64,000 nucleotides of DNA from the human T2T-CHM13v2.0 reference genome, Homo sapiens. The notes below the pieces were generated by a model. The model made no database searches. It was not told the DNA's origin and saw only the letters and a list, made by a program, of their open reading frames with translations. The stretch is taken from the NCBI RefSeq assembly GCF_009914755.1, contig NC_060941.1. One strand, given 5' to 3'. Positions 46,246 through 62,365 of the stretch are shown piece by piece. Each line of letters starts with the position of its first letter. Position 1 is the stretch's first letter. A program made the translations under genes and the position numbers.

Positions 46246-46912
46246 AACTTTCCTTGCTGAAGCCAGAGAGAGGCCTAGCATCCTTTGAATTACACAATTA
46301 CAGGATACTTAAACAATATTGGAGATTCCATTAATGGGGGAGGGAGGCAAGGAAGAGTAGAAAAGCCGACGGATAAACAACCAATAGTCAGTGCACTGCT
46401 TCCCTCTATCAGAGGTGGAAAACCATTGCCCTACACTAAATTTAAGAATAATCCTAGATTAAGTTGCTAGTCCAAATTTTCTATTCTACATTCTTTCTCA
46501 TGGGCCTTATCCATTTCTCAAGGTTTAATGACCTCTTCTACACTTCATGGATAAAATAACAGGGGTAAACAAAAATTGTGGTAAAAGATCCCACGTAGCT
46601 CCAATATTTTATGACTAACAAATGTGTATCACCAGCCTTAATATTTTCTACTGAATTTGCTTTCTCCAGCTGGATCCTATACATAGCAGCTTTTGCTGAA
46701 TGCTTCCTTTGTTCCGGGCATTGTGCTACAACATTACATGACTTTTCATCATTTCATCATTATAACAACTCTATGAAACGGTGCCTACTATCCCCATACT
46801 ACAGATGGAGAAAAAGAGGTCATTTGTCAAGGGGTTAGGTCATTTGTCAGAGAAGCAAGCACAGGTAAAATCTACATCTGTATACGGGTAATCTGGCTCC
46901 AGAGTCCTCAAT

Positions 46913-47204
46913 TTTCTTTTTCTTTTTTTTTTTTTGAGATGGGGAGTCTCGCTCAGTTGCCCAGGCGCAATCTTGGTTCACTGCAACCTCCGCTTCCCAG
47001 GTTCAACTGATCTCGTACCTCAGCCTCCCGGGTAGCTGGAATTACAGGTGCACGCCACCACGTCCAGCTAATTTTTGTATTTTTAGTAAAGACGAGGTTT
47101 CACCATGTTGGCCAGGCTGCTCTCAAACTCCTGACCTCAAGAGAGCTGCCCACCTCGGCCTCCCAAAGCGCTGGGGATACAGGCGTGAGCCACCACACCC
47201 GGCC
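46913..47204 (-). mobile_element. AluS
   Basis: TSD ccagagtcct on both sides. Confidence 0.9.
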
Positions 47205-48499
47205 CAGAGTCCTGAATTTTAACCACTACACTTCATCTAAAATTCAACTTGTACAAATTCCAATCTTTCATCTAAAACTAGCTCTTCCTCTAAACTTGCC
47301 TACTGTCAATGTTTTCACCTTCCTGCTCAGGCTGCCAGGCTCCAAATCACTAAGTTCCTACCATAATTAAGTCCTTCTACATTTCACATCTGTCTTTTTC
47401 TTTTTATTTCAATTGACCTAAATGTCCTTATTCACCCTTCACCTGGCCTCTAAAATGCCTAGTATTTCTGCTTCTAGTCTTACACCCAACGGTGCTCCTC
47501 ACTCATTGCCTATGGGTCAAAGGCCAGCTTATTTAACATCAAATTCAATTTAAGACCTTACCTACCTCTTGGATCCATTTCTGTGGTTCCACAAACAGAT
47601 TAAAAATTATACTTAAAACACACCAACACACATGCAGAGCTTTATTTCTGAAGAAGAAGAGAGAGGGGTGGAAAGGAAAAAACTTAAGAAACAATGTTCA
47701 ATCTGAAAGTATCACTTCTAAGTGGAAGGCTACAAGGGATAATTAATAGCTACCAAAACTGAACACTGAAACATCACATCCCTCTTTCATGGAGCCATGT
47801 AAGTTAAAAAAGAATCTTAAACTGTTGAGGTATATCAACATAGACAAAATCTGAATGCCAAAGTGAGTTTCACTCTAGGATCAGGTTATCTGGCAGCTCC
47901 TGAAACAGGACAGTTTCAGGAACCCTGTACAAACCTCAGTGAAATGAAATAACTTCAAGCTGTTTGTTACAGGGGACTCTTGTGTCTTTTAGTCTAAGTA
48001 AAAGCAGCAATTTTCTACAATATATTTATATAAGCTGTGCATTTCCATGAAAGAAAGGAGGTCTACTGTGGATATATGCTTGGTATGAAATTATGTCAGA
48101 AACAAGTGGGAGCGAGGGGCAAGTCAACATGCTGTCACTAAATAAAAGACAGACCCCCAGAAATGACCTCAACAATCAAAGAAAACATGATAGTGTAAGT
48201 TAACATGATTAATTTTTTAAATTAATAGACTATATTTTAAAGTAATTTGAGGTTTAATGAACTGAGTAGACAGCAGAGTACCCATATACCCTCCCTTCCA
48301 TTTCCTTTGCACATTTATTATACTTAATGAGCCAATACTTGCATATTCTTATTAACCAAAGTCCATTTACATCAAGGTTCGCTTTGTTTTGAATTTTGAC
48401 AAATGTAAAACATGTACTTACCACGAAATTTTACAATATGCAATACCAAAAAATACAGCTAGATTCAAAGAGAGAATGTTTCAGCATCTCATTATCTTT

Positions 48500-49350
48500 A
48501 TCACAGTAACATAAACTGAACTCCGATCTTCTCCCCTGCTCCCACCTAGTTTTCCCAGTCTTCCCATCTCAGTAAAGAGCAATACCTTCCATCCACTTGC
48601 TCAGACCAAAAATTCCTTCCTCTTTTATAACCCATACATCCAGCCCATCAGCAAATCCTACCTGCTCTAACTTCAAAATATATCCAGAATTGAACCTTAA
48701 TTCTCACACTTTACCACCACCACTGGAACCCAAGACACCATTCTCTCACTAGGTTATTATAGTAGCCCCCTAACTCTTTTTTTTTTTTTTGCTTCTGTCC
48801 ACAAACTAATCAGATCATGTCACTCCTCTACTCAAAGCAGGAACTGGCATTCTACCTTAGAGCAAGAGCTACAATCCTCACAACAGGCCTACTAGGTTCC
48901 ACACAACCTGTCTCCACCTACCTCAGTTCCCTTTTCTGTCTATGACTTCACCTCCTGTGTCCTCTTCACCACTTGCTGTTGAAGCTACACTGGTTTGCTT
49001 GCCGGATTACTTCAGGCAGTCTCTGTCCTTAAAGTTTTGGCACTGGCTGTTCTTTTTGTCCAAAATATCTTCCACAAATGCTCACACAGCTGACTTCACA
49101 TCCTGACACAAATATCACTTTCATAGTTAGGCCTTTTTCCCTGATGACCCTATTTATCACTGCATTGTTTTCCCCTGTACTCCTTATCCCTCTTACCTGC
49201 TTTATTTTTTTCTGCATAGCATTTGCTGCAACCAAATATATATTCTACTTTGTTATTTTATTGACCCCCCCACCCCACTAGAAAATAAATGCAGCAACTG
49301 AGGTTTCTGGCCTTAAAAAGCACTTAGTAATTATTTGTTGAATGAATAAA
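48500..49350 (+). mobile_element. L2a 3' fragment
   Basis: cagcccatcagcaaatcc, ttcaaaatatatccagaat, tcagatcatgtcactcctct and the end ttatttgttgaatgaataaa. Confidence 0.8.
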
Positions 49351-49360
49351 CTATGGTGTA

Positions 49361-49702
49361 CAGATTCTCCTCAACTTACAATGGGGGTTTTGTCCCAATA
49401 AACCCATCATAATTTGAAAATATCATAAGATGAAAATGCATTTAACGCACCTAACCTACTGAACATCAAAGCTTAGCTGGGCCTACCTTAACGTGCTCAG
49501 AACACATACATTATCCTACAGTTGGGCAAAATCATCTAACACAAAGCCTATTTTATAACAAAGCATGAATAACTCATTTACTGAAGACTGTACTGAAAGT
49601 GAAAACAACGGCTGTGGGTACTCAAAGTACAGTTTCCAGTTTTCACACGATAATAAAGTTGAAAAACCATAATTTGAACTATAGTAAGTTGGGGACCATC
49701 TG
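49361..49702 (+). mobile_element. MER47A-like (TcMar-Tigger) MITE
   Basis: Termini cagattctcctcaacttacaatggggg ... agtaagttggggaccatctg are imperfect inverted repeats; the element is preceded by TA. Confidence 0.8.
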
Positions 49703-50692
49703 TCAAGGTTCCTAAAGGTGACATACAGGTGCTAGCAACTACAGTCTAAAAAAATAAAGCCCCAATTCTCAACAAATCAGTAACTGATTCTGGAAACACA
49801 GAAGTTCCTTTGACTCTCTTAAAGGCTTCAAGCCCCTCTATCAGAAAAAAATGTCTACAGTTTGAGGAGACTAGCCTGCTGCCTTCGGGATGTCCCCATC
49901 TGTTTTCTAGCCACTAACACAGCCACAAAGCATACCACACTTAGGAACAGATCTATGGGTAGGACACAAGCATATTTAGGCTGCTATCATAAAGATAAAG
50001 ATGCATTCAGCCATAAATACTTAAACAAGTATTCATACTGGAAATATGAAACACTTTTAATCATATTCCTAACAAAAGTACCACGAGATTAACTGGCTGA
50101 GAAATAATGGGGGTGATCTCCTATCGACTACAAAAGTGGGTTAGAAACTGAAGTAATCTAACCTCATCAAGCAAGTAAAGCTTCACTTTACTGCACTTTG
50201 CAGATGCTGTTTTAAAAAAAAACAAATTCAATGTTTATGGCAACCCTGCATCAAGCAAGTCTATTAGCGTCATTCTTCCAACAGCGTGCACTCACTTCAT
50301 GTCCATGTGACACATTTGGGTAATTCTCACAATATTTCAAATGTTTTCATTATCTGTTATGATGATCTGTGATCAGTGATCTCTGACACTGCCATTGTAA
50401 TTTCTGGAGGTACCACGAACCGCACCCATAAAAGATGGAAAACTTAACTGATAAAAATGTGTGTTCTCACTACTCCACTGAATGGCCATTCCCCTGTCTC
50501 TCTCCCTCTCCTCTTGTTTCCCTATTCCCTGAAACACAACAATATTGAAATTAGGCCAATTAGTAACTCCTCAATGGCCTTTAAGTGTTCAAGTGGAAGA
50601 GTCTACAGCTCTCGCTTTAAATCAAAAGCTAGAAATAGACACTTGCGGATGTTTTCTGGTAAAATAGCTGAAAGAAAAGAATTTTTTTTAGA

Positions 50693-51850
<1,158 letters not shown>

Positions 51851-52577
51851 AATTATGCTACATTTACTCTGCCTATGCTCTATAAATGAAACAACAAAGC
51901 CAGGATGTCAGAACATCTGTTGACAGCATGTTTTACTGAATATTTTAAGTCCACCATTGAGACCTCATGCTCAGAAAGATTCCTTTCAAAATACTGCTGC
52001 TCACTGACAATGCACCATTGCCGGAGAGGTCTGAAAGAGATGTACAAGGATATAAATCCTGTTATCATGCCTGTTAACACAACATCCATTGTGCAGCCCA
52101 CAGATCAAGCAATAATTTCCACTTCTAAGCCTTATAATTTAAAAAATACATTCTGTAAGGCTATAGCTGCCATAGATAGTGATTCTTCTGATGAATCTGG
52201 GCAAAGTAAATTGAAAATTATTCTGGAAAGGATTCACCATTCTATTGAGTCACTCATGATTCATGGGAGGAGTTCAAAATATCAACCCCAACAGGAGTTT
52301 GGAAGAAGTTGACTCCGACTCTCATGGATAATCGAGAGGTTCAAGACATTGCTCGAAAAAGTAACTGTAGATGTGAAAAACACAGCAAGATAACCAGAAT
52401 TAGAAATAGAGCCTGAAGATGTGACTGAACTGCAATCTCGTGATAAAACTGAAACAGATGCAAAGTTAAGTTGACTCTGACTCTCATGGATAACTGAGAG
52501 GTTCAAGACACAGGTCGAAAAAGTAACTGCAGATGAGGAAGAAACAGCAAGATAACTAGAATTAGAAATCGAGAATT

Positions 52578-52737
52578 AGAAGGAAAGAAAGGGAAGGAAA
52601 GAAAGGGAAGGGAAGGGAGGGGAGGTAGGGAGGGAGGGAGGAGGGAGGGAGGAGGGAGGGAGGAGGGAGGGAGGAGGGAGGGAGGGAGAGAGGGAGGGAG
52701 GGAGGGAGAGAGGGAGGGAGGGAGGGAGGGAAAGAAA
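52578..52737 (+). repeat. Polypurine (GGGA/GGAA)n tract
   Basis: About 160 nt, almost purely A/G with a single T. Confidence 0.95.
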
Positions 52738-53694
52738 TTGCCACAGCTTCCCTAACCTTCAGCAGCCACTACCCTGGCTAGTCAGCAGCCATCAACATGG
52801 AGATAGGACCTTCCACCAGCAAAAAAGATTATGACTCACTTCATGAAGGCTCAGGTGATCGCTGGTATTTCTTTTAGCAATAAATATTTTAAAATTAAGG
52901 TAGTCCACTATTTATTATGACATAAGCCTACTGCATACTTAACAGACTACAGTATAGTGTAAATGTAACTTTTATATGCAATAGGAAACAGAAAAAGCCC
53001 ATGTCTCTCACTTTAGTGTGATATTCACTTTATTGCAGTACTGTGGTCATCTGGAAATGAACCTGTGATATCTCTGAGGTATGGCTGTATTTTCATACAA
53101 ATAAAGGCACTCCCCCTAAATCTAGAGTCTAGATCCCAAATACATCTGTCCATATAGGGGGTACCACTCCCAAGACCAAAGGGGTGTATGGCTCCTATCT
53201 CCAGCCGTACCAAATCATATATACAGTGTAATATCTGGTTACTCTTTATTCAGGACAGCTACATTCAAAGGAAACATAAAATGGGCAGAATAAGGACTCC
53301 TTGCTCATTAACAAAACAAAGCCAACTCTTATGTCAGAGTACCCTTTTGATCAATTAGTGTGATTATGTTCACTAGTAACAGATTCTACCATCATTGTTG
53401 TCCATTTCATTTCCATTCTCAAGCTTTAAAACCCCAAAAGGACAGAAAGAGATACTACAGGCTAGTATTAGTAATACTAAAAATAGTTACCTCTTATTGA
53501 AACCTGAAGGGCCTGGTACTTGACATATATCATTTTCTAATCTTTATATGAACTCAATAAAGCAAATATTGTTATTTCAACACTATTACATATTAGAGAC
53601 TGAGCAATCTGGACAAAGTCACACAGCTTATCAGTACCAGTAGGAATTCAAACTCAGGTCTGACTCAACAGTCTGCATTCTTAAATATACCTCA

Positions 53695-54057
<363 letters not shown>

Positions 54058-55002
54058 GTAAAAGTCTCCATCTTTCCACTAGACCACACTGCTTTTCTCA
54101 ATCTTTATGACAAACATGTAAGGCATATTGGGTTCTGGATAATATGTCAAGGAGATATACTATTTTGGAATATTTTGGCAAATAAAGGGGGGCTTTAAAA
54201 CATGAAATTTTTTTTTCTTAATAAGAACTGTAATCTATTTCCCCAACTTCATTATTAAGTGAGTTTTAGGCCTAGGTCTTCCAGAACAGTTTCCTCCAAA
54301 ACATACAGTGTAATATCTGGTTACTCTTTATGTGTGCATAAGAAATGTCACTGTGACAAATGTTATAAAGAAAAAATTTGATTACCCTAAAAACAAATAC
54401 ATAAACAGCCCGCAAGTTTAGCTCCTAAAGTAGGAAAGAATAATGTGAAAATGTTTCTGGCTGTACCACTCAACAAAAATTTGCCCGCCAATAAGGAATC
54501 CTTTCTTCAAAAATTGGTCATGATCATTAGCCAAACTGTAACCAGTAACATCCAGCTGGATTATGGAGCTAATAAAGAACAACAGAGGGGATCCACAGGA
54601 AATTCAACAGGTAATTTACAACTGGCTCTCTCATCAGACTGGCAGACTGGGTCTAATCCGAGGTCAGATGACATGGGGGATTATGGAAGCCAATAACAAT
54701 CATATTTAAATAAATGTCCTTTACAGAACACCACCACTTTCCTCATAAAAAGTTCAAAGGACTATTTTCACCCCTCACAATTACAGTAAGGATAAGAAGC
54801 CCAAGCACAGCTTGAAGCAGCAAAATTTTCTGAAAAGGAATTGAATTCTGTGTTCTCTTCAGGATCTTCCTTTCCCAATAATGGGGGTATTAAATTTCAC
54901 TTATAAATCAAACTGAAAGGGAAAAAAAGAACAATAAAAAATGAGCTGGAAAACCTACATTCATCATCTTCAAAACAACATCAAGTTAGAAACAGTTTTA
55001 AA

Positions 55003-55078
55003 GCAATGTTACAACTCCTTTAGAATCTGGCAGGTTTTCTGGTTTTTACCAGATCCCGCTCCGGCAACAACAAAAAAA
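55003..55078 (+). pseudogene. RNU7-101P: Retroposed U7 snRNA pseudogene with A-rich tail and 15-bp TSD
   Basis: caatgttacaactcctttagaatctggcaggttttctggtttttaccagatcccgct aligns to U7 (CAGTGTTACAGCTCTTTTAGAATTTGTCTAGTAGGCTTTCTGGCTTTTTACCGGAAAGCCCCT) with a 4-nt deletion in the Sm/Lsm site. A perfect TSD agaaacagttttaaa lies at 54988-55002 and 55078-55092. The symbol is from memory of the locus and is less certain than the U7 call. Confidence 0.85.
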
Positions 55079-55090
55079 GAAACAGTTTTA

Positions 55091-55730
<640 letters not shown>

Positions 55731-55914
55731 TAATTCTTAACATGTCCCACAAAAGATTCTGCTTGATCTTGGCCCCCACTATATCATCACTATCTCTAGT
55801 AAATAGACTCAAAGCCTCTGCTTTCTCTGTGGCTCTAGCCACACTGGCAGAGACCAAAGGAGAGTTCAATGATAGGCCCTCTCACAGAACCTTGTGCCTT
55901 ACCATACTTGTCAG

Positions 55915-56700
55915 TTACAATTTTATTCACTCGATTCAAGCATTTTTTGGATGCCTCATATGTTTCAAGGTACCTTTGTTACAGCAGTGAACAAGGCAAA
56001 GCCCCTAACAGGAGGAAATTCACATTCCAGAGGTAAGAAGAGAATTAAAAAGCCAAAAAAAAGTGTGTGTATGCATATATATGTGCATAAGAAATGTCAC
56101 TGTGACAAGTGTTATAAAGAAAAAAAACACAGTAAGAGGACAGAGAGTGAAGTTGTCCTTGTACAGTTGACAGTCAATAACACCTCTTTTAACAGTAGTA
56201 GAGACCTGAACAGGGTGAAGAACAGAGCCAAGCTGACAGGAGATCTGGATTAAAGCTTTCCAGGCAGAAGGAATCGAAAATAGGCGGGAATATACTTAGC
56301 TTGTTGAGCAAGGCAAACAGCATGGCTGGAGCACAGAGAGCCAAAAGAGAGGTGATAAAGACAACACCAATGAGGTAAATAAAAGCAGACAGAACTTGGA
56401 TCCTCTAGAGCCTGCAGCTCACGATATGGAGTTTGAATTTTAGTCTACGTGTGACAGGAAGCCTTTGAAGAACTTTGAGGAGGGACACGGATGTGTTATC
56501 GACACACTATAAATGACCAGTAACTTCAGAAGCAAGGAGGCCAACTGGGAGGCTGCGAAGGTTGTCCAGGCAAAGGATGATAATAGCTTAGACTAGGGTG
56601 ATGGTAGCAGTCAAATGAGGAATGTTATTTATTTTCAGAATGTAATCTGAAGGTGGAGCCAAGATTTGCCAATGGAATAGAATGTAGAGATGAAAAGAAA
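55915..56700 (-). mobile_element. L2 fragment (minus strand)
   Basis: ttcactcgattcaagcattt... start, ggagtttgaattttagtct, ggttgtccaggcaaaggatga...gcttagactagggt. Confidence 0.7.
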
Positions 56701-59517
56701 AAAAAATCTATTCATCTCTGCATCCCCTCAGAGAATGTACCTGACCACCATGAAAGCAAGGGCCATGTTTGTCCTATTCAGGTCCTTGAACAAAGGAACA
56801 GTGCAGTATGTTCTAGTTGAATTAATAAATGACCTGCTTCTTTCCCTACAGAATCACAATATTGGCATTTATTTTGGCTGGCAAATACTGGTACGATGTC
56901 AAGCATGGAAATTAAGCACCTTAGGAGAAGAAAAGGGAGTTAAATAAAAAAGAGATCCATGTTTCACTGAACTTGCAAATTCAACTCAAAGCACCACCTG
57001 TCTGAAAATGGAACGTATATATATAAAAAAACTGCTCATTAAGGAAAATAAATCACAGTATCTCAGCAACAGTGCTTTGTCGTGAGTTACAAGATTGGCT
57101 ACACCATCTGACAGGATTACTTAAATTGACAAAGACCTGCCTCACCAAACACAGCTAGAGGTCCTTGGGTCCTTGTGGTACTGGTATCAGGAATCTGATA
57201 AATCAGTCAGAGTGTGGAGTGTTTTTAAAACACAGACAAAATATATTTAGCAAGCAAAGTCTGTTAAAGGGAAGATTGGAGATCACTTTAAAAATAATTC
57301 AAAGCCTACTCTAAGTATTTGCAAAATTGTAAGATTATATTTCTGTGCTTTTGAATAAGATTCAGATTGGACAGTCTCAACTCTCCCTTGTGGGAGAGGG
57401 TAGGGGTGGGGGTGGACCTGTTTTCTACTAAGAAATTTATAGGACTCTCCAAAAACAGAACTTAGGGCAGTACTCCTTAATAGTGACCATACATTAGAAT
57501 CATCTAGGGAGGGCTGGGCACAGTGGCTCACACCTGTAATTCTAGCACTTTGGGAGGCCGACACAGGCAGATCATTTGAGCCCAGGACATCAAGACCAGC
57601 CCGGGCAACATGGTGAAATCCCATCTCTACTAAAAATACAAAAATTAGCCAGGTATGGTGGCATGTGCCTGTAGTCCCAGATGCTCAGGAGGCTGAGACG
57701 GGAGAATCACTTGTGCCCAGAAAGGTAGAGGGTGCAGTGAGCTGAGATGGTGCCACTGAACTCATGCCTGGGCAAAAGAATGAGATCCTGTCTCCAAAAA
57801 AAAAAAAAAAAAAAAAGGAATCAACTAGGGAGGCTTTTAAAACATGAATGCTGGAGACCCACACCAGATAAATTAAATCAAAATTTAATCGGGGGTGGGT
57901 CCTGGGATTTTCCCTTTAAGTGTTTCCCACGTGATCTGAATGTGCAGCCCAAGTTGAGAATCACCAATTTACAGCAATAAAGTTTAAAGTAGAGGATTTA
58001 AATAAAAGTCTTTTAAAGAAACAACACTTTCAGAAGTCAACAAACTTGAGCCTTCATGTTAACACGTGGGGGTCACAGTGGGCATTTTGGAGCACAGATA
58101 AAAGGACCTGCTTTGGAATTGTAAAAGGCTGTTTCATACATACAAACAGTTCAGGAAAGGATAGAACGAAAACAAAAACAAGAAACCTTGATTAACCCCA
58201 CCACATTCCTTCCCAAGGGCTTGAATTTTTTAACCGAACACTACAATAGCAACAAACCTAGAGAGTCAGTTCAAGACGGCTTCTCCCTGTAATGCTGCCT
58301 TAGAACTCTACAGAACAGCAGTCACTGCTGCACAGCTAAATACATCTCCAGCCAAGGAAATCTAGACATAGAAGATAGAAAATAACATCCCAGTTTGTCC
58401 CTCCTCTTTCCCCTCCCTCATCACATATCAACAGCTAACTTTGAACACATCTGTGGTTCACTGTACCACTTACAGGGGTACAGAGGAATGAAATTACCAG
58501 TCCTCACTGTAAAATAAACACATTTCTTTAAGAAATTCTATAAAGCACAAGAGGAAAGCAAAACCTTAGTAAACTGACAAATGTTCCCATTCTCCCAGCA
58601 CATGAAGAAGACTGCCACAGTCTTTTTCAATTACACTTTGAAACCCTCTGTCCTGGTTTTCAAGCACAAGCTGATCTTCACCTCATTATAGATACTCAAA
58701 CTGCCACCCGTCTTATTTTTAAATATCAGAGAAGTGACAAAATTCTATCTATGATCAAGGATGTATTATAAAAGAGAAGAAATTTTGCCTGGTTTTTACA
58801 TTTATTTAAGTCCCTTCTACAATGAATAAAAATGGTTGTTCAAATCAATGGGTGAATGGGAATACAAATAAAATATGGGTAGCATTTTAAGGCATGGTAT
58901 TAAGGCTAACATGATGTCCATCTAACATCCAGTTTCTGAAAATCTGAAATCAGAACACAGGACCTTTTCATTTCAAATTTACATTAAAGTTCAGCTCACT
59001 GATTAAGCATTTCCCTCAATAAAATTACATTTGTCATACCTTAATTGTGCAAAAGCTGCAAACTGGTAAAAAACTTGAATGCCATGGCATGATTATTCAA
59101 AAATAACTGGTACACCCTATGCCTGAAACCTGAGTGCCTACTGTGAACCTGCCAAAATGATTACAATGACAACCCATCATCTTCATCACATGAATTACTG
59201 CAATGTGAACAGTATTCTGCTGAGCACTATACAGTAATCAAAAGACAAGCTCCACATCCTCAAGAAGCTTATAAATTTGACTGAGGAGATAGGGCTGATA
59301 GGCAAGATAGCAATAAAACACATAATAAGGGCCTAAATCATGCAGTACAAACTAAGTTTTGAATACCAGTTCCCAGCTTGCAGTCTCAGACATAGATAGC
59401 AACACCACCACCACCACCCTTGCCAAGCCAAGTAAGTAAAAAGTAAAATGAGTAGGCTAGGCACGGCGGCTCATGCCTGTAATCCCAGCACTTTGGGAGG
59501 CCGAGGCAGGTGGATCA

Positions 59518-59733
<216 letters not shown>

Positions 59734-59819
59734 TCAAAAAAAAAAAAGTAAAATGAGTATACAGGAGTCCTAAAAACTTGAGAAACCAAAGGAAGCAATT
59801 CATTTGGTCAAGAGAAAGG

Positions 59820-59997
59820 TCAGGGCAGTTTCAACCTTCCCATTTATTTAGCTGTGTGACTTTCAACAATTTACCCAACCCTTTAAAGGAAGATAGTACC
59901 TACTAATTACCATGAGAACCAAATGAGATAGTGTATATAATGCGCTTTGCACAATGCCTGGCACATAGTCTCAAATACTGCCTATTATCATTACTGT
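59820..59997 (+). mobile_element. MIR
   Basis: tagctgtgtgactttc...aaatgagata...gcacaatgcctggcacatagt. Confidence 0.7.
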
Positions 59998-60056
59998 TAG
60001 AAACAGTAAAATCCTAGTGTTGGCAGGGGCCTTTCAATAATCCAATTTTCCAGTCG

Positions 60057-60230
60057 AATAGTTCTCAGGGTGTAGTTACCATCAGCATCATTTGGGAAAT
60101 TGTTAGAAGCCCATACTCTAGGGCTCCACTCCAGACCCACTGAATCATAAATTATCAAATCTGCGCCCAGTAATCTGTGTTTTAACAGCACTCCAGGTAA
60201 TTGTGATGACCATTAATGTTAGAGAATTGC
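60057..60230. mobile_element. MER5A/B (hAT-Charlie)
   Basis: tagttctca...catcagcatcatttgggaaattgttaga...ccagacccactgaatca...gttagagaattgctg. Confidence 0.7.
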
Positions 60231-61623
60231 TGCCCTAATTAAACCCTCTAATTTTACGTATAAAGAACATGGAGGCCAGGTTCAGTGGCTCTTGCCTGCA
60301 ATCCCGACATTTTGGGAGGCCGAGGTGGGAGAACCACTTGAGTCCAGGAGTTTGAGACCACGTAATATAGTTAGACCCTGTCTCTGAAAAGAATACAAGA
60401 ATTAGCTAGGCATGGTGGCATGTGCCTATAGTCCTAGCTGCTCGGGAGGCTGAGGCAGAAGGATCACTTGAGCCTGGGAGGTCGAGGCTGCAGTGAGCCA
60501 TCATCATACCACTGGACTTCCAGCTTGGGCGACACAGCAAGACCGTGTCTCGAAAAAAACAAAAGTAAGCAGATGGAAACCTGAAGAGATAAAATAACCT
60601 GCTCAAAACCACAATCATGGAGACTGTTTGTTTAGGGTCCATTATATGCCAAGTACCAGGGTGACCACTTTTTACATTTTTAACATCAGGTCCTCACAAC
60701 AGCCCAGCTGGGCCCCAATTAACAGAAGAAAAACTGAGGTTCAGGTGTGAGATGGATGGAGTAATTTGTCAAAGGCGGCTCAATTTTTAATGGGCAAAAT
60801 TAACATTCAAATCCAAGTTGTATGTGATCCCAAACCCTTACTGAAACCAGGACCACTGAGTGTTCTGAGGGAACGATACCAAGCACACGCCCAGACTTCC
60901 CCACCCAAGGGCATCGTTCTTTTCATTCTATCATACCACCTTAGCTGCAATGATTTTACCATGAAACATAACCAGAAATTAGCACTTTAAAGCAACTCTC
61001 AGAAGACAGGTGGTAAACGATTCTTCACTCCAACTAGAAAGGAAAAAATGACAACATACTATGAAAAAAGCTATGAGGCAGGAAAAAGCACACGTCAAGG
61101 CATGGAGATACGGATATAGACTAGGTAATTTTGCAACCACATAAGTGAAAGAAAATTTGCTATCCAATCTTCCTATTCTCTACTCCCAAGAGCCTAGTGC
61201 TTTTGTATAGTTTTCAGCTCAGTAAAGTGCCTCCAGATTTATAAAAGCTCAATGACAATAACAAGGTATCTTTATTACAAAATAGTTGTTAAAAGTTTGA
61301 TTCGAAAAATTTTAAGGAAACCTTTCAGGTAACTGAAAGTGGAGGGTAGGGGCGCGACTCATGAAGGAGTTTTTTAACCAAAGAAATGATATGATACATT
61401 TTTAAATGACCACTTCAGTTGCAATATAAAATAACAGATTTTGGAGGAAAATGTCAATACAAGGATATCAATTATCAATTATTAGGTTACTATATTGGTT
61501 CAAGGAGAGATGATGGTGGCTGTGGAGATGAGTGAAATCAACAGATCCAAGATATATTTTAGAGAGTATTGTAGAAGACTAGGAATGGGAGTGACCAGAC
61601 AGGAATGAAGACTTCTAGACTTA

Positions 61624-62365
<742 letters not shown>

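Noticed and set aside
51905-52312. 135-aa ORF as a domesticated transposase
   Set aside because: Only patches match the Tigger1 transposase; the element is frameshifted and interrupted by Alus.
52562-52744. Pro/Ser/Leu-rich ORF
   Set aside because: Translation of the (GGGA)n simple repeat.
54478-54495. E2F-like ttgcccgcca next to a CCAAT box as an internal promoter
   Set aside because: Isolated short motifs with no CpG island or other promoter support.
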